Shown: positions 19,215 through 29,330, counted from the stretch's first letter. The stretch: 64,000 bases of DNA from Candidatus Omnitrophota bacterium (GCA_003154195.1 PMCS01000008.1:143366-207365), one strand, 5' to 3'. Numbers and translations are program-made. The notes: generated by a model not told the origin, from the letters alone.

Positions 19215-20969
19215 TTACGCCATGCAAATCCTTTCGTAATCGTCTTTCAAAAAGCGCCTGAGTTCCTCCTGCAAAAACTTCTCTACCTCCCTGGACGTCG
19301 AAAAATCAACGGCCTTAAGGGCTAAGGCCTGGGTATCCTTGAAGTTCACGCTTCTTATCAGTTCTTTTATTTTGGGAATAAACGGCGGCGGCATACTGAA
19401 TTCATCCAAACCGAAACCTAAAAGTAAAAGAGCGAATAACGGCTCACCCGCCATCTCGCCGCACATACCTACCCATATATTATTCTTATGGGCATTTTCA
19501 ATGACGCTTTTTATCAGGCGCAATACTGCCGGATGCGCCGGATCGTACAAGTAGGCAACTTTTTCATTAGCCCGGTCCACGGCAAGCGAGTATTGAATCA
19601 AATCATTGGTACCGATACTAAAGAAATCGCTTTCCTTAGCTAAAACATCAGCAGTTAAGGCCGCCGAAGGAACTTCAATCATTATGCCTATGGATATTTT
19701 TTCATCGAAAGCCAACCCTTCTTTCTTGAGTTCCCTTTTACATTCTTCAATTAATTTCTTAGCTTCCCTGAGCTCTTCCACGCTGGAAATCATGGGAAAC
19801 ATTACCTTAACGTTGCCTTCGGCCGACGCTCTCAATATCGCGCGCAATTGAACCTTAAAAACTTCCGGCCGGGCAAGGCAAAACCTGATTGCGCGCCAGC
19901 CTAAAAATGGGCTCATCTCTACCGGAACCTGCGGCTGGGAAAGAAACTTATCCCCCCCTATATCAATGGTACGCAAAATCACCGAAGCGGGTTTAATTTT
20001 TTTGGCGACACTGAGATAAGCCTTATATTGCTCCTCTTCGCTGGGTAACTCTTTTTTTCCTAAAAATATATATTCCGTACGATAAAGGCCGATACCGTCG
20101 GCGCCGAACTCATGGGCCAACGCTAATTCTTCCGGTAATTCAATATTGGCGGAAACCACGATTTCCCTTTTATCGATTGTACGCGCCTTGGCCTTAGGTA
20201 TATGTATCGCTTCTTTTATAACGGCGATCTTGGCGGATTTTCTCTGATAATCTCTTAAAACTTTATCCGTGGGGCGGGCAATAACCGTTCCCTCTATCCC
20301 GTCAATAATCAACTTATCGTCGGGAGCGATATTCTGGGTAGCGATCTCTAAACCTACCACCGCCGGAATCCCTAAGCTTCTGGCGATAATTGCTGTATGA
20401 GACGTCCGGCCCCCGACGTCGGTAATAAAACCCAGGATATTTTCTTTGGGTAAAGTAGCAGTTTGCGAAGGAGAAAGGTCGTGAGCGACAATAATAACTT
20501 TTTCTTTCAAGTCCTGGATCTTTTTCTCTTCCTGTTTCAGGAATTTGCGCATGACGCGGCGCGCCACGTCTTCGATATCCACGACCCGTTCGCGCAGATA
20601 CTCATCGTTTATCTTAAGCAGGGTATCGATATATTTTTTTATGCTCTGGCTAAAGGCGAATTCCGCATTTACCTTTTTGTTTTTTATCTGCTGGATTATA
20701 TCTTCAATCAAAACCCGGTCTTCCAGAATCAAAAGGTGGGCTTCAAAAATCTTGGCGTGGTCGAACCCCAGGTCTTCGGAAATTTTTTTCTGCAGGGTAG
20801 AAATTTCCCGGCGCGTTTCTATCAACGCTTCTTCGAGGCGGTAAATTTCCCGCGAAACATCCTCATGGAAAATTTTTCTTTTGGGAATAGAAAGCTCTTC
20901 TTTCCCCAACAGGAAAGCCTTAGCAATCGCTATTCCGCCGCTGGCAACAACACCTTTTAATTTAATCAT
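19215..20969 (-). CDS. ptsI: phosphoenolpyruvate-protein phosphotransferase (PTS enzyme I)
   Basis: 584 aa; GGRTSHTAIIARSLGIPAVVG active-site His region and a PEP-utilising C-domain. Confidence 0.9.
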   Translation of the reverse strand: MIKLKGVVASGGIAIAKAFLLGKEELSIPKRKIFHEDVSREIYRLEEALIETRREISTLQKKISEDLGFDHAKIFEAHLLILEDRVLIEDIIQQIKNKKVNAEFAFSQSIKKYIDTLLKINDEYLRERVVDIEDVARRVMRKFLKQEEKKIQDLKEKVIIVAHDLSPSQTATLPKENILGFITDVGGRTSHTAIIARSLGIPAVVGLEIATQNIAPDDKLIIDGIEGTVIARPTDKVLRDYQRKSAKIAVIKEAIHIPKAKARTIDKREIVVSANIELPEELALAHEFGADGIGLYRTEYIFLGKKELPSEEEQYKAYLSVAKKIKPASVILRTIDIGGDKFLSQPQVPVEMSPFLGWRAIRFCLARPEVFKVQLRAILRASAEGNVKVMFPMISSVEELREAKKLIEECKRELKKEGLAFDEKISIGIMIEVPSAALTADVLAKESDFFSIGTNDLIQYSLAVDRANEKVAYLYDPAHPAVLRLIKSVIENAHKNNIWVGMCGEMAGEPLFALLLLGFGLDEFSMPPPFIPKIKELIRSVNFKDTQALALKAVDFSTSREVEKFLQEELRRFLKDDYERICMA

Positions 20970-21225
20970 TGCTGTTTTCTAAAAACCTCTTTAGTTCTTC
21001 AAACGCCTGCCGAGCGTCAATGCCTTCAACAATTAATTTAACGCTCATACCTTTATTTACACCCAGGCTCAAAATGGCGATTATCGACCTTCCGTCAACA
21101 ATCTCGCCCTTCCCCAACTGTATGGAAGAATCAAACTTGTTGGCGATTTGGACAAAAATTGCCGCGGGACGCGCGTGCAAACCGTTAGGATTATTTACGA
21201 TAATTTGACACTCAATCTTTTCCAT
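20962..21225 (-). CDS. ptsH: phosphocarrier protein HPr
   Basis: 87 aa; NPNGLHARPAA with the active-site His15 context. Confidence 0.85.
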   Translation of the reverse strand: MEKIECQIIVNNPNGLHARPAAIFVQIANKFDSSIQLGKGEIVDGRSIIAILSLGVNKGMSVKLIVEGIDARQAFEELKRFLENSND

Positions 21226-22511
21226 CGTTTTTTCCCATAATTATAAATATTCATTATTTCTTTTGCCGTTCTCGCGCTGTCATGACGAAGATAATTGCTT
21301 TTACTGACAATATCGGCCTCAAAAACCATTACGCCCATTTTCTTCAGCCTTTCCCGGTCGAGAATCACAGGAAACGACTTTTCCTGCGCGTATTTCAAGA
21401 GAAGTTCATATTCCAGGCGGCCGGAATTTATCAGACAGCAATTAGCTATACTTCTTTTTGAATGAGCAAGGATTGCCTCGAAGTGGTCGGCGGCAGTGAA
21501 CCCGTCGGCTTCTCCCGGTTGAGTCATAACGTTGCAAATATAAACCTTTAATACGCACTTTCGGAAAATCTCTTCTTTTATCTGCTCAATCAGAATATTG
21601 GGAATAATACTGGTAAAAATACTTCCCGGACCAAGGATAATTATCTCCGCTGCCCTTATCGCTTCGATAGCCTTAGGGTTAGGCTTAACATCCTGGGGAA
21701 TTAAGGATACTCTTTTTATTAATTTACCGGCCACGGGAATCTTATCCTCGCCTTCCTTAACCGTACCATCTGTATACTCTGCTCTGAGCCTTATCTTATC
21801 AAGGCTGGAAGGAATTACCCTGCCGGTTATCGCCAAAACTTTGCTCGATTCTTCGATTGCCTCCTCGAAACTTCCCGTAATCTGGGTCATCGCGGTGATA
21901 AAAAGATTACCGAAACTATGCCCCTTAATACCGTCGCCCTCTTTAAAGCGGTACTGGAACAACTCCCTCATCAATCGGGGAGCCTCCGCTAAAGAAACAA
22001 GGCAGTTGCGTATATCTCCCGGCGGTAAAATACCGAATTCTTCGCGCAAGCGTCCCGAGGATCCGCCTTCATCGGCAACCGCGACGATCGCCGTAATATT
22101 AGCAGTGTATTCCTTCAACCCTTCCAGTATCGTCGACAGGCCGGTCCCTCCGCCGACGGCAACAATCTTTGGGCCTTTTAGCAAAAAACGTTTTTCGTAA
22201 ATAATGTCAATGAGCTCTTTGTTTTTTTGGGGAAAAATCACCTCAAAAAAACTTTTTATCAAGGACTTAAAACCGGCGAAAAATGCGATGAATGCGAAGA
22301 AAGATAATAACGCGTCAAAAATTTTCAAGAGAAGCGAGGTATCTCTTCCAAAATGGTATACCCCAAACAACATCAAAAAAAATCCGGCTAACAATAAAGT
22401 AACCCATCTTTTTACTTTCAAGCCGGGGTAGAACCATTTTATAACCTTTAAAAACTTTTTTAGTTGACCGGAATTTTGCTCATTATTATTTTTATTATTA
22501 AATGAACTCAT
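21195..22511 (-). CDS. yvcK: YvcK/UPF0052 (CofD-like) gluconeogenesis-factor family protein with N-terminal TM region
   Basis: 438 aa; KIVAVGGGTGLSTILEGLK...AIVAVADEGGSSGRLR...PPGDIRNCL. Start uncertain; overlaps ptsH by 31 nt. Confidence 0.8.
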   Translation of the reverse strand: MSSFNNKNNNEQNSGQLKKFLKVIKWFYPGLKVKRWVTLLLAGFFLMLFGVYHFGRDTSLLLKIFDALLSFFAFIAFFAGFKSLIKSFFEVIFPQKNKELIDIIYEKRFLLKGPKIVAVGGGTGLSTILEGLKEYTANITAIVAVADEGGSSGRLREEFGILPPGDIRNCLVSLAEAPRLMRELFQYRFKEGDGIKGHSFGNLFITAMTQITGSFEEAIEESSKVLAITGRVIPSSLDKIRLRAEYTDGTVKEGEDKIPVAGKLIKRVSLIPQDVKPNPKAIEAIRAAEIIILGPGSIFTSIIPNILIEQIKEEIFRKCVLKVYICNVMTQPGEADGFTAADHFEAILAHSKRSIANCCLINSGRLEYELLLKYAQEKSFPVILDRERLKKMGVMVFEADIVSKSNYLRHDSARTAKEIMNIYNYGKKRWKRLSVKLS

Positions 22512-22984
22512 TTTATTATATGATTCTGCTTACTGAGCATCGCCAGGACTTCTGCCTCATTTTTCGCTTCTTTCAACCGCTGCACAAAATATTTGTCGCG
22601 CAGCATCCTCGCTAAAAAAGCAAGCATCTTTAAATGAAGACCGGCTTCTTTCTGGTTGGACAAAAGCAGCACAATTATATTTACCGGCCCCTGGTCCAAA
22701 GCGTCAAAATCCAATCCTTCTTTAGCGATGACCAAACAAAGAACAACATCTTTAACAAAATCCACTCGGGCGTGAGGAAGAGCGATAGAACCGCCGATCG
22801 CGGTAGACCCCATTTCTTCTCTTTGCAAAAGAACCTTTAAAACTTCCTTTTTGTTGTCTTTTTTAATCTTCTTTTTATCGACAAGATGATCCAGGATCAC
22901 TGAAAGTATGTTTTTTTTGCTCTTTTGTTTTAATCCGATAATTACGTTGTCTTTTTCGAGATATTCAAGAATGTTAATATCCAT
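22508..22984 (-). CDS. ptsN: PTS IIA-like nitrogen-regulatory protein (EIIA-Ntr)
   Basis: 158 aa; LPHARVDFVKD...IVLLLSNQ motif with phosphorylatable His. Sits in a ptsN-yvcK-ptsH-ptsI block. Confidence 0.8.
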   Translation of the reverse strand: MDINILEYLEKDNVIIGLKQKSKKNILSVILDHLVDKKKIKKDNKKEVLKVLLQREEMGSTAIGGSIALPHARVDFVKDVVLCLVIAKEGLDFDALDQGPVNIIVLLLSNQKEAGLHLKMLAFLARMLRDKYFVQRLKEAKNEAEVLAMLSKQNHIIK

Positions 22985-23083
22985 ATTTTTTACTCCGTAA
23001 TAAAAGATTCCTTACCGCCGATATCATTACGGCGGAATAATTTGAAGGGTAATTTTTATTTTTTGCGAAACAAAAAATAAAAA

Positions 23084-23160
23084 TGGAGCGGGCGAAGGGA
23101 ATTGAACCCTCAACCTCCACGTTGGCAACGTGACGCTCTAGCCGGTTGAGCTACACCCGC
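23084..23160 (-). tRNA. tRNA-Gly (anticodon GCC)
   Basis: rc reads GCGGGTGTAGCTCAACCGGCTAGAGCGTCACGTTGCCAACGTGGAGGTTGAGGGTTCAATTCCCTTCGCCCGCTCCA. 7-bp acceptor, D-loop with GG, anticodon loop TTGCCAA, T-loop GGTTCAATTCC, CCA encoded. Confidence 0.8.
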
Positions 23161-23161
23161 G

Positions 23162-23207
23162 CTAATCCAATACTAATTTTCCTATAGGAAAATTAGTATT
23201 GGATTAG
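23162..23207. repeat. perfect 21-bp-stem palindrome with TATA loop directly 5' of tRNA-Gly
   Basis: ctaatccaatactaattttcc-tata-ggaaaattagtattggattag with no mismatches. Confidence 0.7.
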
Positions 23208-23327
23208 ATGACCAAAAAATGCGCTTCACTCATTTTTCGGATTAATAAATATTTACGAATTTTCTATTTCCATTTTGCATTGATCAATGAACATTAGACA
23301 ATGATCAATTTAAAATGATATAACACA

Positions 23328-23413
23328 TGCCGGGAGAGGGATTTGAACCCCCACGCCCTTTTAAAGGCACTGGGTTCTAAGCCCAGCACGTCTGCCAGTT
23401 CCGCCATCCCGGC
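23328..23413 (-). tRNA. tRNA-Leu (anticodon TAG)
   Basis: rc reads GCCGGGATGGCGGAACTGGCAGACG...CTGGGCTTAGAACCCAG...long variable arm...GGGGGTTCAAATCCCTCTCCCGGCA. Anticodon loop CTTAGAA; CCA not encoded. Track ORF 23377..23631 overlapping it is spurious. Confidence 0.75.
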
Positions 23414-23731
23414 AGTACTTTTATTTCAGCCATAAGCTCTCCCCTACCGCCATTACTTATCAAATAAACAAAGCATTGCGGGAACAACGAATTTAAAGCA
23501 TAAGTCGCGTTTCGCGCGACCGTTGTTGCCGCCATCCCGGCAGTACTTGAAAAAATGTTTTGCCGCTCAACACGAGATTTTATAACCAGGTAGCCGACAA
23601 TTCTCTCCCGCCACAATAATTTAAAGAACAAATGTATTTTTAACTATTTCCTTCTTCCTCTCTTTCTTTCTATTTTTTGGATGGCGTCAGGATTAATTTT
23701 CCCGGCTGTACCCGGTCGGGAAAATTAAAAG

Positions 23732-23804
23732 TGAGCCGCCCGAGGATCGAACTCGGCACAACCTGCTTAAAAGGCAGGTGCTCTACCAACTGAGCTAGCG
23801 GCCC
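23732..23804 (-). tRNA. tRNA-Lys (anticodon TTT)
   Basis: rc reads GGGCCGCTAGCTCAGTTGGTAGAGCACCTGCCTTTTAAGCAGGTTGTGCCGAGTTCGATCCTCGGGCGGCTCA; anticodon loop CTTTTAA, T-loop GTTCGATCC. Confidence 0.8.
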
Positions 23805-23810
23805 GATAAA

Positions 23811-23926
23811 ACGATGATCGCTGATTAGAAGATGCTGACGATCACTGATAAATACTATAAACGCCTATCCCGTATTAGTTATCAGCGGTCATCTGTTGAT
23901 TTTCAATCTGCGATCATCATCGTTTA
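23811..23926. repeat. family B intergenic element, copy 2 (inverted orientation relative to copy 1)
   Basis: acgatgatcgctgattagaagatgctgacgatcactgat ... atcagcggtcatctgttgattttcaatctgcgatcatcatcg. The arms are reverse complements of the copy-1 arms. The right end overlaps the frr stop codon. Confidence 0.7.
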
Positions 23927-24484
23927 GAATTCTTTCAACTCTTTCTCTTTGTCCGCCAGCAATTTATCTAATTCCTTGGTATATTTATCAGTTAACTTCT
24001 GAAGTTCCTCATCCGCCTTAAACTTTTCGTCTTCAGAAATTTTCTTGTCTTTCTCTAAAGTCTTTATCTTATCTTTTCCATCCTGGCGTATTGTCCTGAT
24101 TGAAACCTTACCTTCTTCGTCCACCTTCTTAACAATCTTTATCAAATCATTACGGCGTTCCTGGGACAACGGCGGAACGACAAGCCTGATTAATTTACCA
24201 TCAACCATCGGGGTAATCCCTAAATCGGATTGTAAAATTGCTTTTTCGATATCCTTTAATGCCGTCGGGTCATAAGGATTTATAACCACGAGGCGCGCTT
24301 CGGGGATACCTATCGTAGCGATTTCTTTCAATAGCATCGGGGTACCATAATAATCAACTCGGATACCTTCTACCATCTTGGGATTAGCCCGGCCGGAACG
24401 CAGTTCGGAAAACTCGCGCTTAGTCGCCTCAATAGCTTTTTTCATCGCGTTTTCAGTATCGATTAAGACTTGCTTGGAAAGCAT
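23924..24484 (-). CDS. frr: ribosome recycling factor
   Basis: 186 aa; typical Frr sequence LRSGRANPKMVEGIRVDYYGTPMLLKEIATI...RRNDLIK. Confidence 0.9.
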   Translation of the reverse strand: MLSKQVLIDTENAMKKAIEATKREFSELRSGRANPKMVEGIRVDYYGTPMLLKEIATIGIPEARLVVINPYDPTALKDIEKAILQSDLGITPMVDGKLIRLVVPPLSQERRNDLIKIVKKVDEEGKVSIRTIRQDGKDKIKTLEKDKKISEDEKFKADEELQKLTDKYTKELDKLLADKEKELKEF

Positions 24485-24500
24485 GATTAACTCCTTGTAA

Positions 24501-24626
24501 CACAGATGATCGCCGATTAAAAATCAACTGATGATCACAGATAAAAAAATTAAATCCCAAATCGCAAATTTCTAAAACCTATCTGCGATCATCTGCATCT
24601 TCCAATCTGTGGTCATCTGCGTTTTT
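24501..24626. repeat. family B intergenic element, copy 3
   Basis: cacagatgatcgccgattaaaaatcaactgatgatcacagataaaa ... atctgcgatcatctgcatcttccaatctgtggtcatctgcg. Overlaps the pyrH stop. Confidence 0.7.
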
Positions 24627-25425
24627 AGCTGACTCTCGTCCCTATATCTTTCCCTAAGACGACTTTTTTTAAATTACCCTTTTCCAGAAAAGAAAAAACT
24701 AAAATCGGAAGTTTATTCTCCATACATAAAGTTACGGCCGTTGAATCCATAACCTTCAGTTCTTTATTTATTACATCCATATAGGACAATCTTTTAAAAA
24801 ATTTGGCGTCTTTATTCTGCAATGGATCCGCGGAATAGACCCCGTCGACTTTTGTCCCTTTTAATAAAATATCCGCGTCGACCTCTACACTTTTTAGAGC
24901 CGCAGCGGTATCGGTAGTAAAATAAGGGTTGCCGGTTCCCGCGACAAATACCACAACTCGTTTTTTTTCCAGATGACGGATGGCCCGCCTTCTTATATAC
25001 GGCTCGGCAATCTGGTGCATTTCGATAGCGGTTATAACTCTGGTAGGGATTCCCGCTTTCTCTAAAGCGTTTTGCAAAGCTAAACCGTTTATGACTGTAG
25101 CAAGCATACCCATGTAATCGGCAACGGTACGCTCCATCTCAAATTCTTTTGAACGAGCCGCGCCTCTAAAAATATTCCCACCGCCGATAACCAGGGCGAC
25201 CTCAACCCCCAAGTCGACGACTTCTTTTATTTCTTCGGCTAGATAGGCGAGTATTGCCGCGTCGATACCGTGAGAATGCTGGCCCAGCAACGCTTCCCCG
25301 CTTAACTTTAAAAGAATTCTTTTAAATTTCGCTTTCATTATTTTTTTGCTTCGCAAAAAATCTTCCCCGCTTCGCGGATGAAAAAAAGAAAGAATATCCT
25401 TAACCAGAAAAATACGTTTACTCAT
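24625..25425 (-). CDS. pyrH: uridylate kinase
   Basis: [12 protein letters not shown]...GGGNIFRG...[21 protein letters not shown]. The true start may be the internal Met at 25338 ([15 protein letters not shown]); no SD is seen at either candidate. Confidence 0.85.
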   Translation of the reverse strand: MSKRIFLVKDILSFFHPRSGEDFLRSKKIMKAKFKRILLKLSGEALLGQHSHGIDAAILAYLAEEIKEVVDLGVEVALVIGGGNIFRGAARSKEFEMERTVADYMGMLATVINGLALQNALEKAGIPTRVITAIEMHQIAEPYIRRRAIRHLEKKRVVVFVAGTGNPYFTTDTAAALKSVEVDADILLKGTKVDGVYSADPLQNKDAKFFKRLSYMDVINKELKVMDSTAVTLCMENKLPILVFSFLEKGNLKKVVLGKDIGTRVS

Positions 25426-25510
25426 TTTTCCGGTTAATCCATTAACCGTACCATTATTTGTTCAAGGCTAATTTTATGGCTGTATTCAGCCGGAAAGATT
25501 AAAATATATA

Positions 25511-25539
25511 ATCATTTTGCGCTGTCGGCGCAAAATGAT
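25511..25539 (-). terminator. rho-independent terminator of tsf
   Basis: Perfect 12-bp stem atcattttgcgc-tgtcg-gcgcaaaatgat ends at the tsf stop and is followed on the minus strand by UAUAUAUUUU. Confidence 0.5.
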
Positions 25540-26057
25540 TATTCACCCAGAGAAAAACGACTGAATCGCCGGATAATTATGTTTTCTCCTGTCTGGGCGA
25601 CAACATTCTTTAAATATTCGCTGACGGTAATCTGGTTATCTTTGACATAGGCCTGGTTAAGCAGGCAGTGCTGTTTGACGAATTCATCGGCGTTCTCTGC
25701 TTTCGCAAGGACATCGGCCGGAATATCTTCTTTCTTGATATATAACGGGCTTAGCGCGGCGACATGCATGGCGATATCTTTGACGAATTTTTTAAAATTA
25801 TCTGTCCGGGCGACGAAATCGGTTTCGCAGTTAATCTCGATAATCGCTCCCAGGTTACCGCCGAAGTGTATATATGATTCGATCAAGCCTTGCGAAGTCG
25901 CACGGCCGCTTTTTTTATCAATAACCTGAGCCCCTCTTTCCCTTAAAACCTTAAGCGCCTTATCAAAATCGCCTCTGGCTTCTTCAAGCGCTTTTTTACA
26001 CTCATTAATCCCCATCGAAGTCATTTCTCTTAATTTCTTTACATCTTCCACGCCCAT
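25539..26057 (-). CDS. tsf: elongation factor Ts (short form)
   Basis: 172 aa; VKKLREMTSMGINECKKALEEARGDFDKALKVLRERG UBA-like N-terminus. Confidence 0.85.
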   Translation of the reverse strand: MGVEDVKKLREMTSMGINECKKALEEARGDFDKALKVLRERGAQVIDKKSGRATSQGLIESYIHFGGNLGAIIEINCETDFVARTDNFKKFVKDIAMHVAALSPLYIKKEDIPADVLAKAENADEFVKQHCLLNQAYVKDNQITVSEYLKNVVAQTGENIIIRRFSRFSLGE

Positions 26058-26100
26058 CTTGATTACCCCCTTTAAGACACCCGCTTTATATTGAAAACGG

Positions 26101-26216
26101 TTAGGGCAAAGGTAAGGATGCCGGTATAGGTTAGGGTTAAGGTAACGGCTAAAGAAATTGTTTTAAACCCTTAACATTACCATAACCCAAACCGGCTTTG
26201 CAACCTTAGCCCTAGC
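26101..26216. repeat. long imperfect palindrome of GGTTAGGG/GGTAAGG-type units between tsf and rpsB
   Basis: ttagggcaaaggtaaggatgccggtataggttagggttaaggtaa approximately pairs with ttaacattaccataacccaaaccggctttgcaaccttagccctag. Confidence 0.55.
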
Positions 26217-26256
26217 CTATTTATCATTACCGGCTTTCTAAATCTCGCTCCGCCCC

Positions 26257-27123
26257 TTATACTTCCTTCTGCTGCGCCCGGCGCTTAGCTTCTTTTTTTT
26301 CTTCCTCTTCGGCTTTAAGTTTTTCGTCTAAATCCTCATACTTACTCACATCGGGTTCATCTTTACCGGAAGCATCCCCGCCGGATTTTTCAGCAGCCAA
26401 CCGGGCCTTTTCGCTCTCCGCCTGGATTATTTCTTCTGCTTTTTTAGTACCATTCTTAACTGCCGCCGCGATGCAAGAAGTTATATATTTGACTGATTTT
26501 ATCGCGTCATCGTTACCCGGGATAGGATATTCCGCCACATCGGGATCGGCATCGGTATCTACCAACGCAATAATCGGAATGGAAAGCTTATTCGCTTCTC
26601 GAACGCAAGCAATTTCCTTTTTAGGGTCTACCACAAATACGCAAGCGGGAAGTTCATCTAAATCCTTCACGCCTGTATAATTTCTATCCATTCGACTCAA
26701 CTGCCGGTTAAGCCGCACCACTTCTTTCCGCGGCATCTTAGCGAAATCGCCTTTCTCCTTTTTTTCGAGAATAGAAATATAGGTCTTTACCCTTCCCCTT
26801 ATGGTGGAAAAATTAGTTAAAAATCCGCCTACCCAACGGTCAATTATATGAGGCATGCCGCAGTCTTGCGCCTGCTCTTTTAATAATTCCCGGAATTGCT
26901 TCTTGGTCGCCACGAAAAGAATCTTTCCGCCGCTCTGCGCTACATTCTTAGCGAATTCCTTAGCTTCCTCTAATTTCTTGGCGGTCTTTTCTAAATCAAT
27001 AATGTAAACATCTTTCTTCTTCCCGAAGATAAATTTTTTCATTTTGGGGTTCCAGTGTTTGCTGAGATGCCCAAAATGCACCCCGTTCTCCAATAGTTGC
27101 TTGATCACTTCCGGTAACGACAT
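26257..27123 (-). CDS. rpsB: 30S ribosomal protein S2 with Lys/Glu-rich C-terminal tail
   Basis: MSLPEVIKQLLENGVHFGHLSKHWNPKMKKFIFG... Start placed at the Met with GGAGG 10 nt upstream; the track ORF extends 10 codons further to 27153. Confidence 0.85.
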   Translation of the reverse strand: MSLPEVIKQLLENGVHFGHLSKHWNPKMKKFIFGKKKDVYIIDLEKTAKKLEEAKEFAKNVAQSGGKILFVATKKQFRELLKEQAQDCGMPHIIDRWVGGFLTNFSTIRGRVKTYISILEKKEKGDFAKMPRKEVVRLNRQLSRMDRNYTGVKDLDELPACVFVVDPKKEIACVREANKLSIPIIALVDTDADPDVAEYPIPGNDDAIKSVKYITSCIAAAVKNGTKKAEEIIQAESEKARLAAEKSGGDASGKDEPDVSKYEDLDEKLKAEEEEKKEAKRRAQQKEV

Positions 27124-27331
27124 GTTTTCGCGGCCTCCTTTAAATTCGGCCAAAATAGCATATTACCCTCTGGCCTAATTTACATGCCTCAGTAATGCTA
27201 ATTTGCCCTTAAAATAATATATATTCTCTTAGATTGGGCTAATAATTGCCATAGAATACACCTCACCCCTATGGCACAAGCCCCCCCCAAACTGTTTCAA
27301 AAGTATACCATATTTCTTTTTATTTGCAATA

Positions 27332-27372
27332 TTTAGTTTTCGCCGAAAACCCCCGGCGAAAACTAAATATCA
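27332..27372. repeat. perfect 15-bp hairpin in rpsB upstream region
   Basis: atttagttttcgccg-aaaaccccc-ggcgaaaactaaat. Confidence 0.55.
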
Positions 27373-27518
27373 TTCCCATTCGATACTCAATTTATTTTTT
27401 TACATCCTAACGTTTTTACTATAAATTTTCCTCTTATTTTTATAAGGGAAAGTTTAAAAACCGTAGGTTTTCATTCATCTGATTTCGGCAATCGCCGCGA
27501 CTGCGGCTATTGTCGAAA

Positions 27519-29330
27519 TCAGGCGCGAAATTGCATTTCGTGCAGTTTTTTGTACAAGGTATCGCCGGATAGAAGCAAAGCATGGCTGCCCGCCTCGACA
27601 ATCCGCCCTTTATCCAAAACTAATATCTTATCCGCCTTCTGAACCGTAGACAGCCGGTGAGCAATAATAAATGCCGTACGGTTGCCGGCTAAAAGATTAT
27701 AAAAAGCCTCCTGCACTACCTTTTCCGATTTAGAATCAAGGCTGCTGGTCGCTTCATCGAGGATAAGAATCGGCGCGTCCTTTAAAATAGCTCTCGCGAT
27801 CGCAACCCGCTGGCGTTCCCCGCCGGATAACCGGAAACCCCGGTCACCGATCACGGTATCAAACCCTCTAGGAAGTTTTTCGATAAAATCGTAGGCATAA
27901 GCCTTTTTCGCCGCTTCAATGATTTCCGCTTCGCTCGCGCCTTCTCTGCCATAGCCGATATTATCGCGGACGGTCGAATTGAACAGGACCATTTCCTGCG
28001 AAACAACCGCGATCATCGACCTTAAAGGTTTCAGCTTAAATTCTTTGGTATCGACGCCGTCGATTAATATTCTGCCCCTCTGGGGGTCGTAAAGCCGGGG
28101 CAATAACCCCACCAGAGACGTCTTACCGGCGCCGGAGTAACCGACGATGGCAATCGTTTCTCCCCTTTTGACCTCAAGGTTGATCTCGGATAAAACATAA
28201 TCCGAATCATATTTAAACCAGACATTCTCGAAAGTGATCTTTTCTTTAAATTCTCTTATATCTTTAGCGTTGCCCATTTCCTTAATCCGCGGCTCTTCGT
28301 TAAGAATATCATAAATCCGGTTGGAAGCGGCAATCGCCTGCTGATTTATCACATGCGCCGCCGAAAGCTTCTTAAACGGTTTCATCATCTGCAAAAGCGC
28401 AGCCATATATACCGCGAAAAAACCAAATGACATCACCCCGCTGATCACATCTTTTCCCACGATCCAGAGAATCGCGATGGCGCCGATCGAGCCGGCAAAT
28501 TCCGTGAACGGCGTTAGAAAAGTCATCCGCTTAACACTACTTAAGTTAAATTTATAATAATGATAATTGATATCCTTGAACCGTTTCAGCTCATAATCCT
28601 CGCGGCAAAAGACCTTGACGATATAAGCCCCCTGTATCGTTTCGGCCAGTAAGGTATTCAAATCCGCCATCTTTTCCTGCGTCGCGCGGCTTAACTTTTT
28701 GACGCGTTTGCCGATGCTGACTACCGGCCAGATAAAAAAAGGGGCGGTGCCCAGGGCGATTAATGTAAGGTCCCAGCGTAAATACAGCGTCATAAAAGTA
28801 AAAACGACAAGCTGCATCGAATGTAAAATAACGTCGCTAAGACCGAAAGAAATCGCGTTGGCGATAAAACCGACATCGGTAGTGATGCGCGAAATAAGTT
28901 CGCCGGCGCGTTTTTTAGAATAAAAATCCAACGATAAATCCTGCAATTTAGCATAAAGCCGGTCCTTGACTTCGCGCATCGCGGCTTGCGCCACGACATT
29001 CATCAGGTAGGACTGGAAAAAGAAAAATACCCCCTTAACGATAATCAATGTCGGGATGACGATAAGCATCCCTTTTAAGATAACCAGGGGCGGCAAACTG
29101 TTAAGCTTAGCGACGAAACCCGAGAGAAACGGCGGAAGCCCCCGCGGCGCGATAATTTTACCGGGGGTCAATACCCGATCGAGAATAGGCACGAGCATGC
29201 CTAAACTCACGCCGTCAAAAATAGTGGAAATGGCCATAAAAATAGAGGCTAAAACCAGATTGGCCTTTTGCGGCGTGACAAATTTAAGCAGTTTAAAATA
29301 ATCTTTGAGATATTTTGTGGTTTTGCTCAT
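27519..29330 (-). CDS. msbA: ABC transporter permease/ATPase fusion, MsbA-like lipid exporter
   Basis: 603 aa; six TM helices, then Walker A GYSGAGKTS, signature LSGGERQRVAIARA and Walker B ILILDEATSSLD. Confidence 0.8.
   Translation of the reverse strand: MSKTTKYLKDYFKLLKFVTPQKANLVLASIFMAISTIFDGVSLGMLVPILDRVLTPGKIIAPRGLPPFLSGFVAKLNSLPPLVILKGMLIVIPTLIIVKGVFFFFQSYLMNVVAQAAMREVKDRLYAKLQDLSLDFYSKKRAGELISRITTDVGFIANAISFGLSDVILHSMQLVVFTFMTLYLRWDLTLIALGTAPFFIWPVVSIGKRVKKLSRATQEKMADLNTLLAETIQGAYIVKVFCREDYELKRFKDINYHYYKFNLSSVKRMTFLTPFTEFAGSIGAIAILWIVGKDVISGVMSFGFFAVYMAALLQMMKPFKKLSAAHVINQQAIAASNRIYDILNEEPRIKEMGNAKDIREFKEKITFENVWFKYDSDYVLSEINLEVKRGETIAIVGYSGAGKTSLVGLLPRLYDPQRGRILIDGVDTKEFKLKPLRSMIAVVSQEMVLFNSTVRDNIGYGREGASEAEIIEAAKKAYAYDFIEKLPRGFDTVIGDRGFRLSGGERQRVAIARAILKDAPILILDEATSSLDSKSEKVVQEAFYNLLAGNRTAFIIAHRLSTVQKADKILVLDKGRIVEAGSHALLLSGDTLYKKLHEMQFRA

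Noticed and set aside
23377-23631. 84-aa ORF on the minus strand
   Set aside because: It overlaps tRNA-Leu and the tRNA-end duplication; spurious.
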